From a virus (taxonomy: Duplodnaviria > Caudoviricetes): DNA of 36,917 nt. Below are positions 12,201 through 18,588 of this stretch, piece by piece. Both the position numbers and the translations under genes were made by a program. Under the pieces are notes generated by a model. The model did not search any database and was not told where the DNA came from. It was given only the letters and a program-made list of their open reading frames with translations. The DNA is taken from positions 1-36,917 of the IMG/VR virus record IMGVR_UViG_3300044267_003212; one strand, written 5' to 3'. Every line of letters starts with the position of its first letter. The first letter of the stretch is position 1.

Positions 12201-13026
12201 TAACCGCAAATACAGTTTGATTTTTTAATTGATGAGCACATTTTTGTGTCCCTTGTGTCATACCTGATACACTCATATCAAGATAGTCACCACCGTCAAA
12301 TCCAACAACTGGTAGACCATTGGCATAGTTTAGAGCAATAGTAGGCTTGGTAGGAGCACTATCGCTATTAACAAACGAAGGAGTAACGAATAAATTGGAA
12401 TTGCTTGAGGGCACGTGAACCTCAGAAGAAGGGGCTTTGTTGACCCAAGTACTTACTTGGTCTCCATCACTAGAACCACTGAAAGAAGTCGCATCGAGCC
12501 ATAAAGCCATGCCAGTAACTGGTATAGAAGAAGCACCGATAGTACCACCTGTGGTCTGAGGTTTCCATTGTGTCAACGGTAAATGAAAGCGCTTCCGATG
12601 TAAGTGTGAACTTCTTTTGATTCTTGGTGAGGCTACTCTACCTAACTGGCTAGAATCTGTGTACCTACCTCTCCAGACATTAGGCTCTCCACACCCCCAA
12701 ACAAATGGTAAGAAAGAAGTAATGAACATAGTATTACTTACTTCGTCATTCAATTCTTTGAGATATCCGAAATCTATTTCCGCAACAGCACCTTTACCAG
12801 CATCATTAGTTGAAGCATCATCTGTAATAACTCCAGTCAAACCTATTTGTATCGAAGGCATGTTCAAATCTATACCGACAGATTGTGCTCCTTTGAGAGG
12901 AATGGGTATGTGAGAATGGCTTCTGTCAACTACCGTGTTGTATGAGGTCACGTTCAAAGCAATGGTATTACCATTTTCTTGAACTAGCCTGATAGGCAAC
13001 TTGGTAAGTCTACTATCCACCATCAT
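9289..13026 (-). CDS. Distal tail (Dit)/tube-initiator-like protein with an inserted LamG domain, paralogue 1 (~1245 aa)
   Basis: Directly follows the TMP-like gene through a TGATG overlap, with a GAGGTG SD. Internal LamG signature: LWLDA..DGDQVSTW..FDGGDYL..TVFAV..FHGKLAELIIYPRALTDSEVHEVEAYLLNKWGI. Confidence 0.65.
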   Translation of the reverse strand: MMVDSRLTKLPIRLVQENGNTIALNVTSYNTVVDRSHSHIPIPLKGAQSVGIDLNMPSIQIGLTGVITDDASTNDAGKGAVAEIDFGYLKELNDEVSNTMFITSFLPFVWGCGEPNVWRGRYTDSSQLGRVASPRIKRSSHLHRKRFHLPLTQWKPQTTGGTIGASSIPVTGMALWLDATSFSGSSDGDQVSTWVNKAPSSEVHVPSSNSNLFVTPSFVNSDSAPTKPTIALNYANGLPVVGFDGGDYLDMSVSGMTQGTQKCAHQLKNQTVFAVMNMEYTMDLGDIIIDNGSQTATPFQSSGWVLQRSNTSSVGGETHMGYTYYAQEGDGGDADAVTGRDDSSFGHKSVFKEMPIGSEFGVFGFRLESVGDHDAKIVAFKQNSGNRDEKTSVGGIDDGDREINDVPVASVIEITNYANLNAGDVITVIVSGSTKTFTGGSQDTGAGTWAAETSNNQTASNIAAVINANSDLLATASGAFVTIEPTSTNTNKNTSGKVITEVSLTEAGASGMSVVRHKVTRIGGESVAGGIAASTSGDFAPKFHGKLAELIIYPRALTDSEVHEVEAYLLNKWGISPSADSENSLMDVAGTAPTVGNHTLRFVFDASKKATHYEPNGYVLKSVCTPLEITGIASQTTSTKVLNVTGYGSGTYDGPYKVFTETDPAEPYVLVASKSQFDLVSDFTAFGNYDLPNLRMLGKLQSWTNTTITVDSSDWQSLNNTGFENYPTTFDSTYKYIWILRESQYSYRTKFKPKISAELEDSSEVDDFVFQGYSVWCDSMSSGGSRSLQNNTTSVVAIPIYDLMNPGPVYDANTGIGSFKGATNPIEYMARKVADAITLSGETDTANEFYFNTAKIGNNPVSDKFVNLGRTVSSFDSATRTITTNSVTVSFKDLFQKGSQVYAGDTFVGVAESITATQIVLNVTTNTPEVGATLFTPEVTLDKGFSTEVRGTGRVIITQKTVGKLTPGSNGEDLRDINNNIEGVGAIVKNFTGGRASSKVKSAGDKAQDLIGLAANMQNFGDRRIPTSSTLGSFAQDLIEGADKILETTGIGTGVGTKDYIRGIQIPYTSYSTKSALRTDTLTISRARSDSSNTHIVTNEFHNLSVGDQIQISNFRINLPNATISTDLNGSHTVTSVVSEREIVIAVNTSSNAYMHRSSGNLKKLLDDNYMREQRNFYITYGSKDFNQLNAGNNNVHASTPMDFDENGPEMSGMAVALDKLDVRFNAEARLYEFDMVLTAIDYLV

Positions 13027-13487
13027 CAAACACCTCGATTGTATCCTCCACTGGACATAGGCCCACCCATCTTGCTTTTCAGTTCTTTAGCAACACGGTT
13101 ACTAATATCTCTGGCTAATTTTTCTTTATCAGTTTTATCAGTTACACCACTCACATCTATTCTGATTGTGCCAATCTCTACTTTACTTACAGAGTCACTA
13201 GGACCCCTAGCCATGGGGTTGCTTGCTGGCGCAACAGGAGCAGGTGTAGCAGTGGCGGAACTGGCTTGAGCCGCATTCATTTGAGGTGAGGTTTCAAAAG
13301 ATTCTACTCTAGTCATTTCTTTCATACTCTGACCAAAATCACTAGTTCTTGCACGAATTGTATCCATGTCAGTATTGAACTTAGCCATCCTTCTTTCTAA
13401 CGATTTAAATTTGTTATCAGCCTCTTCTAAAGATGCAGCGAATGTCTTCATCGCATCTACACTTCTTGGGTCTATTTTCTCTTCCAT
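13026..13487 (-). CDS. Miniature tape-measure-like protein (~153 aa)
   Basis: Sits between the G/G-T chaperones and the Dit-like genes. N-terminal coiled-coil (ASLEEADNKFKSLERRMAKF) and a TMP-type C-terminus (VEIGTIRIDVSGVTDKTDKEKLARDISNRVAKEL). ATG at 13487 chosen because GGTGA lies at 13493-13497. Confidence 0.7.
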   Translation of the reverse strand: MEEKIDPRSVDAMKTFAASLEEADNKFKSLERRMAKFNTDMDTIRARTSDFGQSMKEMTRVESFETSPQMNAAQASSATATPAPVAPASNPMARGPSDSVSKVEIGTIRIDVSGVTDKTDKEKLARDISNRVAKELKSKMGGPMSSGGYNRGV

Positions 13488-13488
13488 T

Positions 13489-13734
13489 TTACTCACCTAA
13501 CTTGGGGACGTTATCATAACTCAGATGTACCCCTTCTCCCTTATTCTGCCGGGCTTCGTTATCTATCATAGCATTAGCCCATGAAACAGACTGTCTTACT
13601 TGATTGATGTTCATATTCTGTACCTCGTTAATATTCCACCCGTAATGTTTCATTATTGTATAAGTCATCGATTCTAAGTTTAAGCGAAGCCTTTCTTCCT
13701 CTGGTATTTTTCTTCTATTGATAAAATCCTTCAC
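13489..13734 (-). CDS. Tail assembly chaperone T moiety, probably expressed as a G-T fusion by -1 frameshift
   Basis: In the -1 frame relative to the upstream chaperone and open from the slippery site. YTIMKHYGWNINEVQNMNINQV resembles the 'a..fgw...ei..m' motif of gpT-like chaperones. Confidence 0.75.
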   Translation of the reverse strand: MKDFINRRKIPEEERLRLNLESMTYTIMKHYGWNINEVQNMNINQVRQSVSWANAMIDNEARQNKGEGVHLSYDNVPKLGE

Positions 13735-14054
13735 AAGCCTGACTCCGCCTTGGAAAAACCCAGCATCTCAACCATCTCCTCTGGTGAAGGCACCAGTTCA
13801 CTAATCTGTTTCCCAGCAGCAGGGCTGAGCATTATCATTTCTTCTGTGGTCAAAGGAGGAATAGATATCCAATTAGAGAAAACATATTTCCAATAAGAAG
13901 GTAAATCCATACCATCTCCTTTCATTAAATCTTGTGCTGCAATCTGCATATCGAGAAATGTAACGTCTTTTACAAAGACTTCGTGTTTAGTTCCTGATAT
14001 GTCTATTTCATGTTTCTTCAATTCGGTTGCCCTCAACAGGCTGTTCTTTTTCAT
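13731..14054 (-). CDS. Tail assembly chaperone (gpG-like, 107 aa)
   Basis: Position after the tail tube, typical size, and an in-frame slippery heptamer close to the stop. Confidence 0.75.
   Translation of the reverse strand: MKKNSLLRATELKKHEIDISGTKHEVFVKDVTFLDMQIAAQDLMKGDGMDLPSYWKYVFSNWISIPPLTTEEMIMLSPAAGKQISELVPSPEEMVEMLGFSKAESGL
13755..13761 (-). other. Programmed -1 ribosomal frameshift slippery site G GGT TTT
   Basis: 0 frame reads CTG GGT TTT TCC AAG GCG GAG TCA GGC TTG TGA. -1 frame reads TTC CAA GGC GGA GTC AGG CTT GTG AAG GAT TTT.., continuing into 13489..13734. Matches the XXXYYYZ consensus in the correct phase. Confidence 0.8.
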
Positions 14055-14457
14055 ACTTACTCACTCCTTCTTTTAGTGCGGAGGCAGCCGCCTGTACCCA
14101 AGCGGGGTCCTCCTCTTCCTCTGCCAAAGAGACCTGTTCGGTGGCTTCGGCATCGGATAATGTCAATCTCAAAATCAAATCATCTTTTTTACCCTTTACA
14201 GGTAGATTTCTTTGTTTGAGAATTGCTTTCAAGTCTTGAACCTTCATAGATTCATAGTCATTAATGAATGTAATATCTTCTGGTGCATCGGGTAAAATTT
14301 CTTCATCAAATGGATTTTCAGTAACTTTACCTGCTTCAGGGTCAAAGATAACGTTTTCTTCCAAAGTAATCTCAACTACTTCTTCAATAATATCTTCAAC
14401 CACTTCTTCAGCGGTATAAGGTATTTTTAGAACAGTGTAAGGTCTTTTCATTGACAT
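14008..14457 (-). CDS. Acidic protein with a SAP (HeH) domain (149 aa)
   Basis: DYESMKVQDLKAILKQRNLPVKGKKDDLILRL matches the SAP motif. Confidence 0.75.
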   Translation of the reverse strand: MSMKRPYTVLKIPYTAEEVVEDIIEEVVEITLEENVIFDPEAGKVTENPFDEEILPDAPEDITFINDYESMKVQDLKAILKQRNLPVKGKKDDLILRLTLSDAEATEQVSLAEEEEDPAWVQAAASALKEGVSKYEKEQPVEGNRIEET

Positions 14458-14466
14458 ATCGATACC

Positions 14467-16497
14467 TCAACTGTGAAACATAGTATCGTAAGATACCACC
14501 TTAACGTTCTTCATACGAAGTTTAATTTTAGTACGTAGCAGACCTTTGTCATCTGGAACAGGTATTGGTGCTTCTGTGATGACATAATCGTCTACTAATA
14601 TTCTCAATGAAGGCGTGCTGTAAGTGCTACCTGTAGTAGGCTTAGTGAAGAAAAGGTTCATGATTCCACCAGTTGCACCAGCAGTCCCAGTCACATTTCT
14701 GTGCGTTCTCAACTCGTTCCATAATAGTGGGTCACCAATGTAGACATCTACTTCCATTTCAAATTCTTCACGACCTTCTCGTATGATGGCAGCGTTACGG
14801 GTACCACCGTAAGGTATCTGCTTTGTAACCCTACCATCACTGTTCACAGCGTCCGCAAGAGGGTTACCTTGAGTAATGTGATACAGTTCTGTACCAGTCT
14901 TACCTCTTAATTCAAAAGCGGCAACATTAGCAATAGTTTCTCCAAACATTTCTATTGAGCCGTTGTAAAACATAAATGGCTTCTCACTACCTTCAGCAAT
15001 GCCTGAATCTTTACGCTTCACGGCAGTTTCAGCAGTATTCTGAAACATCCTATGAGCAACGTATCTATCACCCGGGCTGGAAGTTTCTAACCTACCTGTG
15101 TCCGTATAACAAGCCAATGCATCAAATATACAACGGAACTTCAACTCCGCATCTACTGTTGACGATATTTCCCATTCTGCTATCTTACAACCCTTGAACA
15201 CACGGGTCAGTTGTTTACTATCTGTAGAACTGCCGGGAGTATTGGCCCCACCGTCTTCAAAACCATGTGAGCCTACATCTCTATTCCTGATGGAATGTTC
15301 CATGCAAAAGGAAGGGATAGTGTCTCCTGAAAATATGAGTTTATGAATTGGGTTCCTTATTGTCCTATCAGTTTGAACATCAGGACTACCTGTAGAATGG
15401 TCTGCCGCATATCTATATAGATACAACAAATCACTAGTATCGTGAGGAAAATAAAACGGGTCGTCTACATACACTCTGTGACCAGTACTAATCGCCTCTA
15501 TGCCAACTACTCTTCTAATCTCGCTTGTTTCTGTAGCCTCAAAATGATGGGCATCAGATACTAGACTGCTACTGCTATTGTTAGTACCGGGCCAAAAGTC
15601 TGTACTACCCTCGTCTGGTTGCTTATGATAAACGGTGGCTGCACGAGTTTGGTCTTTGACCAGTATGTAATCACCAGTAGTCAGTGTAACATCTCCTCCA
15701 AAAGTAACGCTGTCTATATCTAGATAAGTTTGTCCGGGAGCAATAGTAGCCTCAAGACCATTCCCTCCACCAACCTTAGAGTAATTTGAAATCATTGTAT
15801 GTGCATTGACTACCTCTCTACCCATGGCATAGTATAGCCACCTAGGAGAGTGTAGAGGCATCTCTATAGAACCACCCATATGATTCAAACGTCCGGGTTG
15901 CAATATTGTGGCTTGTCTACCTAAGCCAACTACATGGTGTTGATGAAGTTCAACTGTTGTGTCTGGTAACGTCATAAAACTAGCCAACCCAATAAATTGG
16001 TCGATTGCAGACCACTCATCAGAGTTAGCCGGATTATTATAAGAAACCCCATCACCGGGGAAGATAGCAATCGAAGGTACACCAGTGGTGTGTATGAATA
16101 GAACATCACCAGAAGCAGAGGCCAATGAATCAGATTTGATTGCAGGTACAATTGTCAATGTAGTTCTGTCGCTACTGTCTGCAACGTGGTCTATGATGGT
16201 AAAAACTTTAGAAGAATCTGCTTTGTAACTATGACTAGTATAGTTACCACTTGTAGAGTGAAATGAAAACCTACACCCAATCAACATACCCTGTGGAACT
16301 TGTAATTGACCAGCAACTCCGTTTTTGAATATGCTTGTAGAACCACCGTTACCAAGGAATGTAATAGTGCTGTAATCTGGAGTAGAAGTACTGTATGCGT
16401 TTGTCCAAGTGCAAGGCTCATTATGTTCAATAAATATACCAGTCTCGTGCCCCATAGTGACTTCCGAGACATCACCTTTGTAGAACGTGCTTGGCAT
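14467..16497 (-). CDS. Major tail tube protein with insertions (676 aa)
   Basis: Tube-type segments (HHVVGLGRQATILQPGRLNHMGGSIEM..WLYYAMG; TIPSFCME..RVFKGCKIAEWEISS..ELKFRCIF; KPFMFYNGSI..IREGREEFEMEVD). Lies between terminator and chaperones. GAGGTGA SD. Confidence 0.8.
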   Translation of the reverse strand: MPSTFYKGDVSEVTMGHETGIFIEHNEPCTWTNAYSTSTPDYSTITFLGNGGSTSIFKNGVAGQLQVPQGMLIGCRFSFHSTSGNYTSHSYKADSSKVFTIIDHVADSSDRTTLTIVPAIKSDSLASASGDVLFIHTTGVPSIAIFPGDGVSYNNPANSDEWSAIDQFIGLASFMTLPDTTVELHQHHVVGLGRQATILQPGRLNHMGGSIEMPLHSPRWLYYAMGREVVNAHTMISNYSKVGGGNGLEATIAPGQTYLDIDSVTFGGDVTLTTGDYILVKDQTRAATVYHKQPDEGSTDFWPGTNNSSSSLVSDAHHFEATETSEIRRVVGIEAISTGHRVYVDDPFYFPHDTSDLLYLYRYAADHSTGSPDVQTDRTIRNPIHKLIFSGDTIPSFCMEHSIRNRDVGSHGFEDGGANTPGSSTDSKQLTRVFKGCKIAEWEISSTVDAELKFRCIFDALACYTDTGRLETSSPGDRYVAHRMFQNTAETAVKRKDSGIAEGSEKPFMFYNGSIEMFGETIANVAAFELRGKTGTELYHITQGNPLADAVNSDGRVTKQIPYGGTRNAAIIREGREEFEMEVDVYIGDPLLWNELRTHRNVTGTAGATGGIMNLFFTKPTTGSTYSTPSLRILVDDYVITEAPIPVPDDKGLLRTKIKLRMKNVKVVSYDTMFHS

Positions 16498-16508
16498 ACT
16501 TTTTCACC

Positions 16509-16955
16509 TCACGGTATTAATTCTGCGAGCGTTACTACTTCAATTTGGAAAGTGTTTCTATACAACTTTTTAGTCCTATCACTCAAATCAGTTCTTGTCT
16601 TGAACATCATCCTGTCGAAGTTAGCACCGTCCCCCTTTCTACTAGCGTGTATCAAACGGCGTATTTCATTTTCCATTTTTTGGATTCTAGAACGGCTCTT
16701 TGATGTACGTGCATCAACAGTGATGTTGACACGAGTAGTAACGTAGTTGTAGAACAAATCTGGTGCTTCTTCATTGTGAGCAGTCTCATAAACCAATACG
16801 AAATCAGAACGTGACAAATCTAAACGCTTTCCTCTTTCTGGCCCCTCACTAGCGATGTCTAATACAACTGGTTTGATATTGTCAGTATTTGCACGGTTCC
16901 AACCATTCAGTATTGATACTACTGTGTCAATGGCTTCGTTCCATGTTGCTGTCAT
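16509..16955 (-). CDS. Tail terminator/completion protein (~148 aa)
   Basis: Position immediately upstream of the tube, typical size, alpha/beta pattern (VNITVDART..MENEIRRLI..YRNTFQIEV). Confidence 0.6.
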   Translation of the reverse strand: MTATWNEAIDTVVSILNGWNRANTDNIKPVVLDIASEGPERGKRLDLSRSDFVLVYETAHNEEAPDLFYNYVTTRVNITVDARTSKSRSRIQKMENEIRRLIHASRKGDGANFDRMMFKTRTDLSDRTKKLYRNTFQIEVVTLAELIP

Positions 16956-16960
16956 AATAA

Positions 16961-18550
16961 TCACTCAAACACTATTACTTCCTTGTACCTAGATAGTATA
17001 GTTTCTGCTTCTTTTCTATACAATTGAATCTTAGATGCCAAATCAACATTTTGGGTGCCTTCTGGGATTAGGACGCTTCTGTCATCCGATAAGAGAAGGT
17101 CTGCTGCTACCATCTTTGTGGTTGCTTCTTCTATAGCCTTTTCAAGGTACCTTTCTCCATAAATGTAAGAAACTTTGACAGCGTTGTATTCAAAGAAAGG
17201 GTACGAATTATTAAAGTAAATAATACCCATTTCTGGGTCTAACCACCAATCTTTGAGTCTAGCGTGGTCCCCACTTGTAGAACCACCTACCAAGTCTAAT
17301 TGGAAACGATGTTGAGTAAGAGTCCCACCAATATCAGACAGACCACTACCTACTACGATAGTGCACCCTGTAAATGACGTATCAGTCACACCCGTATAAC
17401 TAAACACATCTCCACTAGTATCTACACAAACGCCAGCCTTTGCAAAACCACTTGTTGAATCTACATTAATCGTAGTTGAGGAGAGGCTACTGAAAGTTGC
17501 TGTGTTACTGTTAGTTTGGGCTAATTCTATATTACTGTCTGTGACAACTATAGAACAAGTCTCTCCGCCTTTGGTCTCTCTCATACTAGTTATCTTTATT
17601 TCACCTGCACCATAATCTGAGTTTGCTGTTGCCAAAAATTCATGGTTTACATTGACATTGCTAGTTGAGCCGGGCACAGTGAATGTAGGTGAAAATGCAA
17701 CTGCCGATTTACTCACCCTATCTTCTTGATTAACTAAATCAGCAAAGGCTTGTGCACTAGTTACTTTATCAAAATCAACTGCCCACTGTGAACTAGTAGC
17801 ACTACCTAGAGCGCCAGCCGTTAACACAGCGGCTGAACCATTGCCCGGAGACACTACTATTGATTTGCCCGCTAACGCTCTTATGTCTTCAGGCAATTGT
17901 ATACGTGCCTCTGCGCCACATATTTCACGATAATCATCACCTTGCCATAATTCTATACGCAGCATTTGTTGAACGTTACGAAATAACAAAGGTGTAGTAC
18001 CTACATAATCTGTGTAGTATCTACGTCTATATGGCTTGTAAGTATCGAAATTGATGTACTCGGCAGCCGCTAGATATGGTCTCCAAGCATTATGGGTGTA
18101 ACTATCTATACGGTCTTGAATTTCTTTGATACGGTCTTCTACAGTGCTACGTTTCATTCCACGAGTTTTACCGTTAGTAAATGATGCTTGGTTCTGAATA
18201 TAAGTATTATCAGCCGTTTGATAGTCCGAGATATTTGAAATATTGTCACCTGTAAAATACAAAGCAACACCGTTAGACCCTCCTTCAGTAACTGCTGTGA
18301 TTACCTTCTCTACACCCAACGCCTGAGCATCGCTGTAAACTAGAATGGTATCTCCTACAGCAAAACCATGTGCTCTATAATCTGCACCTGTAACGTAAAC
18401 TCTATCTGCTTCTGTATTAGCACTAGCCAGCACTGCTTCACTTGGACCAATCCCAAGTAAATCTGCCACTTTTTGGGCAGTTGTATATACTATTTCATCG
18501 GGATAAAGAGGTCGTGTTTCTGCTTCACCCGGACTAAATACTCGTGGCAT
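16961..18550 (-). CDS. Head-tail adaptor (SPP1 gp15/HK97 gp6-like) with large insertions (529 aa)
   Basis: Adaptor motifs: YTTAQKVADLLG, RIKEIQDRIDSYT, VKVSYIYG..IEEATTKMVAADLL, AETILSRYKEV. AGGTGAGG SD. Confidence 0.75.
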   Translation of the reverse strand: MPRVFSPGEAETRPLYPDEIVYTTAQKVADLLGIGPSEAVLASANTEADRVYVTGADYRAHGFAVGDTILVYSDAQALGVEKVITAVTEGGSNGVALYFTGDNISNISDYQTADNTYIQNQASFTNGKTRGMKRSTVEDRIKEIQDRIDSYTHNAWRPYLAAAEYINFDTYKPYRRRYYTDYVGTTPLLFRNVQQMLRIELWQGDDYREICGAEARIQLPEDIRALAGKSIVVSPGNGSAAVLTAGALGSATSSQWAVDFDKVTSAQAFADLVNQEDRVSKSAVAFSPTFTVPGSTSNVNVNHEFLATANSDYGAGEIKITSMRETKGGETCSIVVTDSNIELAQTNSNTATFSSLSSTTINVDSTSGFAKAGVCVDTSGDVFSYTGVTDTSFTGCTIVVGSGLSDIGGTLTQHRFQLDLVGGSTSGDHARLKDWWLDPEMGIIYFNNSYPFFEYNAVKVSYIYGERYLEKAIEEATTKMVAADLLLSDDRSVLIPEGTQNVDLASKIQLYRKEAETILSRYKEVIVFE

Positions 18551-18588
18551 ATCTCATTCCCTCACCTTATCGCATACAATGTATGGCC

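Noticed and set aside
14467-16497. Tail sheath / contractile tail or eCIS interpretation
   Set aside because: The motifs are tube-like, no separate small tube gene follows, and no gp25, baseplate J or spike gene is visible in the window
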